64,000 bases of DNA from Blastocatellia bacterium (GCA_963765495.1 CAVXWP010000007.1:448001-512000), one strand, 5' to 3'. Shown: positions 20,227 through 31,261, counted from the stretch's first letter. Made by a program: numbers and translations. Notes: generated by a model from the letters alone, not told the origin.

Positions 20227-23200
20227 CTACGTACTCATCGTAAAGGTAAATGTCCGGTTAGCGGTGGCCCCGGTCTGATCCGTTACCTTGATTGAGACCA
20301 CATATTTACCCGTCGCACTCGAAACTCCGCTGATCACACCCGTAGAACTATTTAGCGTCAACCCCGGAGGAAGAACTCCTGAAAGTATGCTCCAGGTGTA
20401 AGGGGATGTGCCGCCTTGAGCCGCCAGCGTCAGACTGAACGCTATGTTTCGATGAACAGTGACAAGCTGTGAAGTAGTTATAGTCAGCGTGCCGCCGCCA
20501 CCGCCGCTGGCAACACTGACACTTACATTTGTGCTTGCCGAGCCGAAGTAGGCGGTCCCTTCCTGAATCATCTTCCACTGGAAGTTGTAAGTACCGGCTG
20601 ATGACGGAGCGGTGACGGTGAAATTGAAAGTGACCTGCGAACCGGGGGCAACCGAGGAGGGAAGCGAGACGCGGTTGAAGCCCCAGGTGGTATTGTCCTG
20701 CGGATTCTGCGAGCCCAGCTTGTAGCTGTTTGCCGCCGTCCAGGTAGTCGTTCCGCTGTTGAGCATCGTCACCGACACGCTGTAAGTCTGCCCGGCCGTC
20801 ATCGAAGACGATACCGACTGTGAGACAAACGAAGCGCCGTTTGTGCCGCCGCCGCCACCGCCGCTGCTGATAACGCCTACAACTACATTTGCGCTTGCCA
20901 TTCCGAAGTAGCCGGTCCCTTCCTGAATCATCTGCCACTGGAAGTTGTATGTGCTTACGGTTGACGGAGCGGTGACGGTGAAATTGAAAGTGACCTGCGA
21001 ACCGGGAGCAACCGAGGAGGGAAGCGAGACGCGGTTGAAGCCCCAGGTGGTATTGTCCTGCGGATTCTGCGAGCCCAGCTTGTAGCTGTTTGCCGCCGTC
21101 CAGGTAGTCGTTCCGCTGTTGAGCATCGTCACCGACACGTTGTAAGTCTGTCCGGCTGTCATTGTAGACACCACGGATTGCGAGACAAACGAAGCGCCGT
21201 TTGTACCACCGCCGCCACCGCCGCTGCCTACCTGAATGGCGACGGTTTGCGACAGGTCTCCAAAGTATCCCGTGCCTTCCTTAAGCATCTGCCACTGGAA
21301 GTTGTAAGTACCGGGCGTGGCGGGCGCTCTGACTGTGAATCTAAAGGCTGACTGCGAGCCCGAAGATACGCTCTTAAGTAAAGTGACGCGGTTGAGGCTC
21401 CAGGTAAGGTTATCCTGCGGATTTTGCGAGCCTAGCTTGTAGCCGCCCGATGAAGTCCAGGAACTGGTTCCGGTATTCTTCATCGTAACGGTCACGGTAT
21501 AGCTCTGTCCCGGCATCATCGTAGTAGGCACCGACTGTGACATATACTGAGCGTTGTTAGGTCCGCCGCCGCCGCCGCTGACAACACTGACAGCCACATT
21601 TGTGCTTGCCGAGCCGAAGTAGGCGGTCCCTTCCTGAATCATCTTCCATTGGAAATTGTAAGTACCGGCTGATGACGGAGCGGTGACGGTGAAATTGAAA
21701 GTGACCTGCGAACCGGGGGCAACCGAGGAGGGAAGCGAGACGCGGTTGAAGCCCCAGGTGGTATTGTCCTGCGGATTCTGCGAGCCCAGCTTGTAGCTGT
21801 TTGCCGCCGTCCAGGTAGTCGTTCCGCTGTTGAGCATCGTCACCGACACGCTGTAAGTCTGCCCGGCCGTCATCGAAGACGATACCGACTGTGAGACAAA
21901 CGAAGCGCCGTTTGTGCCGCTTGCGCTCGTAACCTGAATGGCCACATTGGTGGATGCCTGACCAAAGTAGCCTAACCCGGTCTTGTATAGCTGCCACTGG
22001 AAATTATAAGTGCCCGCCGTTGACGGAGCGAATGCGGTGAAGGTGAGATTGAGCTGTTGCCCCGGCGCTATGGTGAACCCGGAGAGTGATACCGTGTTGC
22101 CTCCCCAGGTAATATTATTTGCCGGATTCTGAGACGACACCTTGAACCCTGCGCCGTTGGTCCATGTCTCTGTGCCGCTGTTAAACCAGTTCAATGTCAC
22201 GGTAAACGACTGCCCCGCCTGAACAGTCGACGGAACCGTTTGAGACAGGAACAGTGAATTGGGTTGCACTGCTGCCACTACATCAATCGAAAGGGCCTTA
22301 TCGGCTGTTGCAGACGCGTTGTCGGTGACCCGCACTGTGAAGTTATATGTTCCCTCAGTATTGGGCGTGCCGCTTATGACTCCGAGTGAACTTAAACTGA
22401 GACCGGGCGGCAGGGAACCGGAACCGGGCGCAAGGCTCCAACTGTATGGTGTTGTGCCTCCCGTTGCGACCAGGGTTTGTGAATACGCAACGCCGGGTGT
22501 CCCGCTTAAAAGCGATGTCGTGGTGATGGATAAAGGATTACCGCCCCCGCCTCCCGTACCGGGATAAAGGAAGGTGATTCCATCCATATCGTCTTGTTTG
22601 ATTGAAGCACAACGCCCGTCGAAATGCGCTATGGCATACATCGTAGGGGGACTGGTCTGCGAATGGCCCATCCCCAGAGCGTGCCCAAGCTCGTGCGTTG
22701 TGACCTCTCGGACGTTGCAGTGATTCGAGAAAGAGCAACTGGCATAGGGGTTGAATGATACGAACCCGGCAGTTGCTCTGTGAAAGACTGTGCCGTTTAT
22801 CGTTATCGTAGTCCCGGTCCAGCTCAACCCTCCGAGAGCAAGGGTGCTTTGGCAACCTGTACTTGGCGACCATCGCCCGTCGCATCCGTTGAAGATCATC
22901 GTATTCAATCCGCTGGATGGCGTGCAGGCCCCGGTTGACCCTCCAATGACCACTTGAAGAGGTGACCCGTTGACGTGCGTCCACGCGCCCATCGCCGCCG
23001 TGATGTCATCGTTGATCGTCGCATTGGGCGCGCCAGCCGGATTGACCAGGAAAGTTACGGGCTGTCCGCTGTCAGGCTCGAACCATCGCGGATTTGCCGT
23101 GCTTATCGTAGTAAAGCTCGGCAGTATGCCGCCACGGCTCATCTCCACATCGTATTCCAACGGACGGGCATACATCGCGGCATTGCGATAATAAGTATCC

Positions 23201-23805
23201 TGAAACTGATCGGAACGCGCCTGGTTGGCTGCAAGCCTCGCGCGCACCATATCCATGTAAGCGTAAAACTCCATCTGATCGGTCGAATCGCCGGATTTGT
23301 GAGTCCCCCCTACGTACCGTGGCTCCGTAATGATACGGTCATCTCCGCTTGAACGGACTACCGTTTCCGTGCCTGTTGCCGGGTCTGTCAAGATGGTGAA
23401 TTTGCCGAGAAAGTATTGATGGACTCGAAGACTTCCATCCGGCCATGTCTCCAGATATAACAGCACTCGCTCGCCTACGTTGAATTCGGGAGAGCCATAA
23501 ATAATTTCGCCGCGATCTCCGAACTGGCCTCCTTCTTGTTTTATTACAATCTCCTGTTCTTTTATATCGCCCTTGAGCACGTCCTGCACTCGCAAGGTGA
23601 CGTATGTGTAAACGCGCTCCTGCTTTTCGTCGTAGGCCGTGCCCATCGAGACTACGCCGCCTGTGACGATGGCGCGTGCGCTTATAATCATATCGTCGTC
23701 GGAAGGTATGATGACCGAAATAGAAAAACCTGTCTGGGCGATTCCCAGCAGGCATATGATCAATACGAAGGATTTGAATAGTGAACATCTCAGAACGCGT
23801 TCCAT
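20227..23805 (-). CDS. secreted metzincin (matrixin-like) protease with He_PIG-like Ig domains and five tandem Ig-like (NBR1-type) repeats
   Basis: Signal peptide, HELGHALGMGH plus Met-turn, GGTTPYSWS..LPPGL Ig modules, repeated 'SQSV..GQTY.VSVTMLNSGTTTW..YNFQW.M' units; GGAGG RBS before ATG 23805. Confidence 0.85.
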   Translation of the reverse strand: MERVLRCSLFKSFVLIICLLGIAQTGFSISVIIPSDDDMIISARAIVTGGVVSMGTAYDEKQERVYTYVTLRVQDVLKGDIKEQEIVIKQEGGQFGDRGEIIYGSPEFNVGERVLLYLETWPDGSLRVHQYFLGKFTILTDPATGTETVVRSSGDDRIITEPRYVGGTHKSGDSTDQMEFYAYMDMVRARLAANQARSDQFQDTYYRNAAMYARPLEYDVEMSRGGILPSFTTISTANPRWFEPDSGQPVTFLVNPAGAPNATINDDITAAMGAWTHVNGSPLQVVIGGSTGACTPSSGLNTMIFNGCDGRWSPSTGCQSTLALGGLSWTGTTITINGTVFHRATAGFVSFNPYASCSFSNHCNVREVTTHELGHALGMGHSQTSPPTMYAIAHFDGRCASIKQDDMDGITFLYPGTGGGGGNPLSITTTSLLSGTPGVAYSQTLVATGGTTPYSWSLAPGSGSLPPGLSLSSLGVISGTPNTEGTYNFTVRVTDNASATADKALSIDVVAAVQPNSLFLSQTVPSTVQAGQSFTVTLNWFNSGTETWTNGAGFKVSSQNPANNITWGGNTVSLSGFTIAPGQQLNLTFTAFAPSTAGTYNFQWQLYKTGLGYFGQASTNVAIQVTSASGTNGASFVSQSVSSSMTAGQTYSVSVTMLNSGTTTWTAANSYKLGSQNPQDNTTWGFNRVSLPSSVAPGSQVTFNFTVTAPSSAGTYNFQWKMIQEGTAYFGSASTNVAVSVVSGGGGGPNNAQYMSQSVPTTMMPGQSYTVTVTMKNTGTSSWTSSGGYKLGSQNPQDNLTWSLNRVTLLKSVSSGSQSAFRFTVRAPATPGTYNFQWQMLKEGTGYFGDLSQTVAIQVGSGGGGGGTNGASFVSQSVVSTMTAGQTYNVSVTMLNSGTTTWTAANSYKLGSQNPQDNTTWGFNRVSLPSSVAPGSQVTFNFTVTAPSTVSTYNFQWQMIQEGTGYFGMASANVVVGVISSGGGGGGTNGASFVSQSVSSSMTAGQTYSVSVTMLNSGTTTWTAANSYKLGSQNPQDNTTWGFNRVSLPSSVAPGSQVTFNFTVTAPSSAGTYNFQWKMIQEGTAYFGSASTNVSVSVASGGGGGTLTITTSQLVTVHRNIAFSLTLAAQGGTSPYTWSILSGVLPPGLTLNSSTGVISGVSSATGKYVVSIKVTDQTGATANRTFTFTMST
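20525..21920. repeat. intragenic near-identical ~325-bp direct repeats
   Basis: 20525-20849 and 21596-21920 are almost identical; ~20886-21205 is a third close copy. Confidence 0.9.
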
Positions 23806-24352
23806 ACTTGCCTCCTGAACAGGGGAATATCCCCTCTCTTTGACAAAGCGACACAAGCTCGGACCTTGCTAGAGCACTTGACGCGTTCCCACGAGCCTGA
23901 AACAGATTTCATCTCCGATTGCGGAGATCATTCTGCCGGCGTCGCCTCTCGTCTCAAACAGTCACTGCTTGCACTTATGTGCGCATTTATTACCGATGAG
24001 GGGCCTGTCTGCCTGCCAGGAAATATGATTGTTTTCTTCTCATCTGATCGACACACCTACCCAACGAGGCGCAATCATTCAAATGGACCTGGCTATTGCT
24101 CGACAAAGACAACTAGGGGCTAAAAGAGCTTCGTTATTCTGCGGAATTGAACCATAAGCCGTATGCTTTGTCAATTACTATGAATTTGCCGGTTGTAAAT
24201 GTTTTCAGTTAAGGGGTTAGCGCCGGATATCTCCTCTGATTCATTCAAAGTATCAAAAAAACAGACCGCTGATTCCCGCGAATTTTATCGGCTCAACCCG
24301 ATATTACGCGCGTCTCCAGCGGTCTATTTTTCTTCAGTCTGGACAGGTTTTA

Positions 24353-25108
24353 TTATTCGCCCTGCGTCCATCCCTTACCCTGATACTCCATATAATCCGC
24401 CGTATTTTGCGCCACCGCTCGACCAAAGTATCGCTCGACCACTCTCAGCGCCATATCAATTCCTGAGGTCAACCCTCCGGCTGTTGATATCTTGTCGCCT
24501 TCGACAAACCTCAGCCCGCGCTTTACCTTGATTTCAGGGAACCTCTCTGCGAGGTTGTCAATAAAATCGTGATGAGTCGTAGCCTCCCTGCCCGAAAGCA
24601 ATCCGGCGCGGGCAAGGACGAATGCGCCTGTGCAAACCGACATGGTAATATCGGCAGTCGCGCTCGTCTTGCGGAGCCATTCGTAGGTGGCCGGGGTTGC
24701 CCCGCCCTGAGCGGGTACGACAACGACACGAGGTGCGGGCGCTGTCTCAAATGTGTAGTCGGGAACTAATTTAAGACCCCCCGAAGCCGTTATCGTGTCA
24801 ATCTTGTCCGATACGGTGAACAACTCAAAGGGCATCATCTCTTCCATAGTCGGGCCGCGCTCTTCCACGTGAACATCCTGAAAGACTTCCCACGGACCCG
24901 TGAAATCAATCACCGTGACATACTGCGATATCACAAACGCCACGGGTATCTTCCCTTTCGCCGGAGCCACAAGCCTTTTGCCCGCAGACAGTGACGCCGC
25001 CTTGCCCCCGCCAGTCTTTGTCTCCTGTGCCTCCGATGGAGCGATGCCGCATGCCGCCATCGCTACCCCCATCGCCGTGGTGCTCGCTAGAAATTCTCTT
25101 CGTCTCAT
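24353..25108 (-). CDS. Tat-exported DJ-1/PfpI family protein
   Basis: MRRREFL twin-arginine signal; DFTGPWEVF, SVCTGA, ATTH, STAGGLTSGID. Confidence 0.88.
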   Translation of the reverse strand: MRRREFLASTTAMGVAMAACGIAPSEAQETKTGGGKAASLSAGKRLVAPAKGKIPVAFVISQYVTVIDFTGPWEVFQDVHVEERGPTMEEMMPFELFTVSDKIDTITASGGLKLVPDYTFETAPAPRVVVVPAQGGATPATYEWLRKTSATADITMSVCTGAFVLARAGLLSGREATTHHDFIDNLAERFPEIKVKRGLRFVEGDKISTAGGLTSGIDMALRVVERYFGRAVAQNTADYMEYQGKGWTQGE

Positions 25109-25360
25109 ATTGCCTTCCTCCTAACTTCAAACACTATATGTCCTGACAACAAACTACCTTTTTAACTTCCCTAGATTATCTACAGAAGGTAAGGATAAGA
25201 AGCTTTCTGTAGATTGTCAAGGGGAGATGTCTTACTGGAAGCAGCACACAGGCGGGAGTGGCTATTGACATCATTGGTCGGAAGTTAATACTCTTGCGCT
25301 AGCGACGAATGCATAATTCACGATGACAATCCGATAACCGTTCAGAATGTGAGGGGTAAT

Positions 25361-27154
25361 ATGAACTTTGTACGATTGGGCAAACAGGCAAAATCGGAAG
25401 TAGATTTGAAGACCGTCTACGATGCGATAGTCGTAGGCTCAGGCGCGGCAGGCGGGATGGCTGCGCATGTCCTGACTTCGCACGGCATGAAGGTGCTGTT
25501 GCTTGAAGCCGGAAAGAAACTCGACATTGACAAGGAATTGAAATCCACCGAGTGGCCGTACGATCATCCCCGACGGGGAAACATGCCGCCCGGCTATCAT
25601 GCGTTGAGTCAAAACGAATACACGATTCGCAATCCGCCCTATGCTCAGGGCACATCCTTTGAAAAGGTCTTTTCTTATGTTCAAGGATGGGGCGGATCGG
25701 ATTACAGCAAGAACATAGTCGTAGACGAGCGCGATCATCCATACACGGGGACGAAATACGCCTGGGTCCGCGCTCGATGTCTCGGCGGCAAGACCAACAT
25801 CTGGGGGCGATTGGCGCTCAGGCTCTCGGATTTGGATTTTAAGGCAAAGACCCACGACGGGTACGGCGAAGACTGGCCAATATCCTACAAGGATATCGCG
25901 CCTTACTATGACAAGGTAGACCTCTACCTCGGCATTTCAGGTCAGAAAGAGAACCTTCCACATCTGCCCGACAGCATCTTTCAGCGACCGGTGAAGCTGA
26001 ATTATGCCGAGGTCATGTTGCGTCAGGGTCTAAAGAAGATGGGGCGAACGCTTACGCCTTACCGGGCGGGTGTTACCACAGACGGGCTAAAGCACAACAA
26101 GTACCGCAGTCGGTGTTTCGGGCGCGGAGCGTGCAATCGCCGCGCGGGCGGATGCGATATTCACGCCGCGTTCGATTCGCCTACGGGGTTGATTTACCCG
26201 GCTATGGACACCGGCAATCTGACTCTCAGAACCAACTCAGTCGCCCGCGAAGTGACGGTGGATAAAAAGACGGGAAAGGCGAGCGGCGTCTCGTTTGTGG
26301 ATTCGGAAACCGGGCAGACTTATGAGGCAAAGGCAAAGGTTGTGGTGCTTGCCGCCTCTACGCTCGAATCGGCGCGGTTGATGCTGATGTCGAAATCCGA
26401 TCAGCACCCGAACGGGATAGGGAACTCAAGCAATCAGGTAGGGCATAACTTCTGCGAGCACATAATGGGACCGGGCGTATACGGGCTGGTCAAAGACCTT
26501 GTGGGTAAGCCTCGCACGCTTGATGACGGCAAGCCGGGCAGCTTTTATGTAGCCAGGTTCCGCAATCTCTCCGAGCGCCATCCGAATTTCATTCGCGGGT
26601 ACGGGTTTGAAGGCGGTAGCGGAACGACTATGTTTCCGGGCAATGCGATGGACACTCCTGGTTTCGGGTCGGGCTATAAGAAAACGGTTCGCAACTATGC
26701 CGGGGCGTTTATCGGCATGGGCGCGTTCGGAGAAGTGCTCCCGCGATACGAGAATTACGTGGACATAGACCCGACGGTGAAGGACCGATGGGGCATCCCT
26801 GTCCTGCGGTTTCACTACGAGTTTGGCGATAATGAAAAGAAGATGGCCGAAGATATGGCCGTAACGGCTCGCGAGATATTTGAAGAATCGGGCATAGAGG
26901 TTCTTGGCGTTGACCGGGAGATTCTGACCGAAGGCTGGTCCATACACGAGCTTGGAACCTCTCGCATGGGGAGCGATCCGAAGACGAGCGCTCTGAATCA
27001 GTTTCAGCAATCTCACGATGTAAAGAACCTCTTTGTTGTTGACGGCAGCAGCCACGTGAGCGCGTCGTGTCAAAACCCGACCTGGACCATAATGGCATTG
27101 TGCTGGCGGTCTACCGATTATCTTGCCGATCAGTTAAAGAAAGGAAATCTGTGA
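25361..27154 (+). CDS. GMC family flavoprotein oxidoreductase
   Basis: VGSGAAGG FAD motif, LGGKTNIWG, IHELGTSRMG, NLFVVDGS, QNPTWTIMAL. Confidence 0.92.
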   Translation: MNFVRLGKQAKSEVDLKTVYDAIVVGSGAAGGMAAHVLTSHGMKVLLLEAGKKLDIDKELKSTEWPYDHPRRGNMPPGYHALSQNEYTIRNPPYAQGTSFEKVFSYVQGWGGSDYSKNIVVDERDHPYTGTKYAWVRARCLGGKTNIWGRLALRLSDLDFKAKTHDGYGEDWPISYKDIAPYYDKVDLYLGISGQKENLPHLPDSIFQRPVKLNYAEVMLRQGLKKMGRTLTPYRAGVTTDGLKHNKYRSRCFGRGACNRRAGGCDIHAAFDSPTGLIYPAMDTGNLTLRTNSVAREVTVDKKTGKASGVSFVDSETGQTYEAKAKVVVLAASTLESARLMLMSKSDQHPNGIGNSSNQVGHNFCEHIMGPGVYGLVKDLVGKPRTLDDGKPGSFYVARFRNLSERHPNFIRGYGFEGGSGTTMFPGNAMDTPGFGSGYKKTVRNYAGAFIGMGAFGEVLPRYENYVDIDPTVKDRWGIPVLRFHYEFGDNEKKMAEDMAVTAREIFEESGIEVLGVDREILTEGWSIHELGTSRMGSDPKTSALNQFQQSHDVKNLFVVDGSSHVSASCQNPTWTIMALCWRSTDYLADQLKKGNL

Positions 27155-27762
27155 TGGCTGAGGAAGAAAAAATCTCACGCAAAGAGCCCTCTTTCAGCAG
27201 GCGCGATATGATCAAGGCGACGGCAGGCGCGGTCGTAGCCGCTCCTTTGATAGCACTTGATTCCAAAGCGGCTGTTCAAAAGGCTGCGCGAAAGCGCAGA
27301 CAGAAGGGAGCGCCCGCTTCCAAACAAAAAGCGCCTCTGTTTTTCACGCCCGAAGAGTTCAAGCTTGTAGATGAATTGACGGAATTGATTATTCCTGCCG
27401 ATGAGCATTCGCCCGGAGCGCGAGCCGCCGAGGTGACTGCCTACATCGACGCGCGTCTGGCCGAATCCTTCGAGCCGGGGCCTAAGACCCAGTGGCGGGA
27501 GGGGCTGAAAAACATTGACAAGCTTTCCGCCGAAATGCACGGCAAATCTTTTATGGCTTCATCGCCCGATGAGCGCGTAGCTTTGCTCACTAGAATCGCA
27601 AAGAACGAAAGGGAGCCTAAAACGCCGGAAGAGGTCTTTTTCAAAGAATTGAAATCGCGGACCGTGCATGCCTATTACACCTCAAAGATAGGCATTCATA
27701 CCGAGATGGAATATAAAGGAAACACCTATTTGAAAGAGTTTGTCGGCTATGACGCGACATAA
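27154..27762 (+). CDS. gluconate 2-dehydrogenase subunit 3 family protein (Tat)
   Basis: SRRDMIK Tat motif, LIIPADEHSPGA, AYYTSKIG; TGATG coupling to the GMC gene. Confidence 0.85.
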   Translation: MAEEEKISRKEPSFSRRDMIKATAGAVVAAPLIALDSKAAVQKAARKRRQKGAPASKQKAPLFFTPEEFKLVDELTELIIPADEHSPGARAAEVTAYIDARLAESFEPGPKTQWREGLKNIDKLSAEMHGKSFMASSPDERVALLTRIAKNEREPKTPEEVFFKELKSRTVHAYYTSKIGIHTEMEYKGNTYLKEFVGYDAT

Positions 27763-27801
27763 GAGGGAATCAAAAGCGATAAGGGGCTCGAAACAATAAC
27801 T

Positions 27802-27831
27802 TTGACAAGGGGCGAAGAGGGCAGGTATGAT
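27802..27831 (+). promoter_or_regulatory. sigma70-type promoter of tRNA-Pro
   Basis: TTGACA-18 nt-TATGAT, 16 nt upstream of the tRNA. Confidence 0.7.
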
Positions 27832-27847
27832 ACCTCTTCGTCATAAA

Positions 27848-27921
<74 letters not shown>

Positions 27922-27939
27922 CTTTCAGTTTCAAACACT

Positions 27940-27969
27940 TAGCGGAGGCCGACCTGGCTTCCGCTTTTT
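27940..27969 (+). terminator. intrinsic terminator after tRNA-Pro
   Basis: agcggaggcc-gacct-ggcttccgct hairpin followed by a T-run. Confidence 0.7.
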
Positions 27970-28179
27970 CTATGTGACCTATATGTGACCGCACTTCTCC
28001 GGTCATGTCTTTTTTCTCTCCCCAATCGAGACTATGCGTTCATCATATCTATCGTTTATTGTTGTTGTTTGGATCGCCAATATGTCCGAGAATGTGCTTG
28101 GCGCAGGGCGGGCGATGATCATCAATTATGGTAGAATCAGTCTTCCCGTCTGTATTCTTCCTCATTCGCGAGGTCCGAA

Positions 28180-31011
28180 ATGAAGCGTTGCCCTATCTGT
28201 AAAAACGATTATGATGATGCCGTTGCATTCTGCGAAATTGATGGCCACGCGCTTGCAAATCTCTCTGATGCTGAAGCAGAAAAGGCTTCGGCGGCTACTA
28301 CCCCTCTTTCGGGTCTCATCAACACCCAGGCACCGTTTGAGCCTGAGCGCGCCGTGTGGCTTGCAATCTTGATCTGTGATGCAGTGGAAAGATTACATCA
28401 CAGCGGGAAGGTCATTGGCTCACTCTGCCCTCAAGATATTCTTGTTTCTACAGACGAGACAGGTAAGGAACGCCTGTATTTAGTCGCGCCAAAGGGTGGT
28501 GCTGACCAGTACGCACGGAATGAAAGAATGAGAGAGGCTGCCGATAATGTCTCTCCTGAGAGTGCTATGCGGGAAGCGTCCGGCACAGGCTACGCCTCTC
28601 CTGAAACGGCACAGAAAGATATAATTGATGTTCGGGCAGATGTTTATAGTATCGGCGCAATTCTCTATGAGATGCTCACAGGGCGAGCGCCGTTCAAAGC
28701 CTCTTCCCCGGCAGCGGTCGTAGTCAAACAGTTACTGGAAAACCCACGCCCTCTCCGAGATTTTCAGCCGGATATTCCTGAAAAGCTTCAAAGAGTCGTA
28801 CTTCGCGCTCTTGAAAAAGAGAAGGCCGACCGACAGCAATCCTGCGCTGAGTTCAGAAAAGATCTTGAGGCCGCCACCGCGAAATCTGATAGCGAGTACC
28901 CCGGGCTAGATAAAAACACACCTCTACAAATGAGTGCAATAGTAGAAATTGATCAGGCAAGTGATGCAGAAACCGAATATCGGGTTTGTCCGCTATGTTC
29001 GTATAAGAACGCTCCTGCTGATACTTTCTGTAAGAAATGTAGTACGCAATTAATTTCAGACCGACCGCTCGGAGAAACCAACTGCCCACGGTGCGGCTAC
29101 ACAAATCAACCCGATAGTCTGTTTTGTTTTGCCTGCGGTTCACAAATGACTATGACCAGAACCAGAGGTGAGGGAATGGTCTCCGCAGGACCGGGAGATG
29201 CGCCCGCGTCTGCGCCGAGCCCCGCTGTGCCTCGATCTGCACCTGCCCCCAGTATGCCGACGGGTGCTTTTTCTCCCGCCACTGCCAGTGCCGCCCCTCG
29301 CACGCTTAGAAAAGCCGTCTATGTGGTAATCTTTGGCGTTGCCATATTATCCGTCGCAGGCATTCTGGTTCTCCTGTTGTCTCGGTCGACCAGCATCAAC
29401 CCCTCTATTCCACCTCAACAGAGTAGCTCTAATTCGAATATTGGGATCAAGTCCAATTCAAATATTGGGACCGAACCTGAACCTGCTCCATCAGGGAGCG
29501 TGTCCAATTCAAATGTCGGGGCCGAGCCTGCTTCACCGAATGGGAGCGTCTCTATTGTCCTGCTTGTGACTCTTGTGGCGCTTGGCATGGGTGGTCTCGC
29601 AGTATTCTTCTGGCTTCTGCTCCGCCGAAGACCGCCTGTGCAGAAGAGCCGTCCGGTAATCGAAGGACGAGAGCAAGCGGTTCACCCCGAGCCGACTGCA
29701 ACTCTCCCCGCTCCGCATCCCGAGGTGCGTCTTCCTGCTCCGCCGCCCGAAGCTATGCCGGTAGAGCAACGCTTCCCCACGATGGTCAGCGAAAGCGTCT
29801 CGGCGCGAGCGGGGCAGGAAGACGCGGAGACCGTAAGGGTTCCTCAACCTCGACAAGCCCCTTCTCAAGAATCGATCAAGCGCTGCCCGTCCTGCGGGAC
29901 TGAGTTTCCTGTCAGCGCAAGGTTCTGTGTTCATGATGGAACGGCTCTCAAGGAAGAAGTCAAAACTATACCGGAAAAGAAAGGCCCGTCTTTTTACGAC
30001 CTGCAATCGGTGGAGATTAGAAAGCAGTGCCCAAAGTGCGGAGAGGACTATCCGCCAAACAAGAAGTTTTGCCGTTTTGACGGGCAACCGCTTATAGAGG
30101 TAAAGAAGCCACGCGAGAGCGACGAGCAACCGGACGAGATGGAGCCTATCGTCATTGGTCAGTACAGTTGTTTTGCCCGTCTGGGCGAAGGCGGCATGGG
30201 CGTAGTCTACAAAGCCCGTCATGTTCATCTGGATCGGCTCTCGGCAGTGAAGGTCTTACTGCCTCAAATGACCGCTCTATTGCCTGATGCCGTTCAGATG
30301 TTCCGGCGAGAGGCGCGGCTGGCCTCAAGTATAACTCACCCGAACATAGTTCTTATTTACGACTATGGCGAGTTGGATAAGAAATTGTTTTATCTTGCGA
30401 TGGAGTTCTTACTCGGAAAGAGCCTTGCAGAGATCATCGAACCACCGGGGCAGACATCTCGGCCGCTCCCCCTGCAACGGACGGTCGATATTACGCGGCA
30501 AATTTGCGAAGCTCTCGACGCGGCGCATCAGACAGGCATAGTACACCGCGATCTCAAACCGCAGAATGTTATGATCTGCAAGAAGTCAAACGGAGCAGAC
30601 CTGGTAAAGGTGGTCGATTTCGGCATTGCTCGCTCGTTGAGAGGCTACTCAGACTATCAAACTACCCCGGGGGCCATTATCGGAACACCTGCCTATATGT
30701 CGCCTGAACAGGCAACCGGATTGCCTGATATTGATGCGCGTTCCGATATATATAGCCTGGGATTGATGGTCTACGAGATGCTGTGCGGCAGGCCGCCATT
30801 TCAATCAGGAAAGTTGACGCCGATGCAGCAGGCGATTCGGCGCGCTCAGATGACAGCCCCCCCGGCTCCGTTAAGCAGCAGCCATCCTGAGTTGCGTATT
30901 CCAGCCGAAATAGATCAGGTGTTGATGCACGCGCTTGAACCGAATCGCAACCGGCGCACTCAGTCAATCAATCAGTTTATATATGAGATGGAAAAGGCGA
31001 CAAATTACTAA
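28180..31011 (+). CDS. two-kinase-domain membrane protein with multiple zinc ribbons (N-terminal degenerate kinase, C-terminal intact Ser/Thr kinase)
   Basis: CPIC, CPLC..CKKC, CPRC..CFAC, CPSC and CPKC ribbons; two TM helices; C-terminal LGEGGMG, HRDLKPQN, DFG, YMSPE; the N-terminal domain keeps YASPE and DVYSIG but lacks HRD and DFG. Confidence 0.88.
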   Translation: MKRCPICKNDYDDAVAFCEIDGHALANLSDAEAEKASAATTPLSGLINTQAPFEPERAVWLAILICDAVERLHHSGKVIGSLCPQDILVSTDETGKERLYLVAPKGGADQYARNERMREAADNVSPESAMREASGTGYASPETAQKDIIDVRADVYSIGAILYEMLTGRAPFKASSPAAVVVKQLLENPRPLRDFQPDIPEKLQRVVLRALEKEKADRQQSCAEFRKDLEAATAKSDSEYPGLDKNTPLQMSAIVEIDQASDAETEYRVCPLCSYKNAPADTFCKKCSTQLISDRPLGETNCPRCGYTNQPDSLFCFACGSQMTMTRTRGEGMVSAGPGDAPASAPSPAVPRSAPAPSMPTGAFSPATASAAPRTLRKAVYVVIFGVAILSVAGILVLLLSRSTSINPSIPPQQSSSNSNIGIKSNSNIGTEPEPAPSGSVSNSNVGAEPASPNGSVSIVLLVTLVALGMGGLAVFFWLLLRRRPPVQKSRPVIEGREQAVHPEPTATLPAPHPEVRLPAPPPEAMPVEQRFPTMVSESVSARAGQEDAETVRVPQPRQAPSQESIKRCPSCGTEFPVSARFCVHDGTALKEEVKTIPEKKGPSFYDLQSVEIRKQCPKCGEDYPPNKKFCRFDGQPLIEVKKPRESDEQPDEMEPIVIGQYSCFARLGEGGMGVVYKARHVHLDRLSAVKVLLPQMTALLPDAVQMFRREARLASSITHPNIVLIYDYGELDKKLFYLAMEFLLGKSLAEIIEPPGQTSRPLPLQRTVDITRQICEALDAAHQTGIVHRDLKPQNVMICKKSNGADLVKVVDFGIARSLRGYSDYQTTPGAIIGTPAYMSPEQATGLPDIDARSDIYSLGLMVYEMLCGRPPFQSGKLTPMQQAIRRAQMTAPPAPLSSSHPELRIPAEIDQVLMHALEPNRNRRTQSINQFIYEMEKATNY

Positions 31012-31261
31012 AACCTGAATCAAGCCCTCTGATTCGTAAAAACAGTGGCCTGCGCTAAAACCGACGGGCCGGTTAGGGATTTCGTTTTGTTCTGCTTGAT
31101 TTAAGCAGGCACTCTATATGGTTCTCTGGCCGATCAGCCAACAATATTTTACTGCGGGTTGCATAAAACTTTGAGGTCACCGATTCAAAACCAACTCTTC
31201 TGAATCGCGGCATCTTCGAATTGTCGCCGCGGATCGTAACATCATCAGAGCCGAAAGGCCG

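Noticed and set aside
20525-21920. DGR template/variable repeat pair
   Set aside because: The repeats are in-frame protein modules with few differences, and no reverse transcriptase is present in the window
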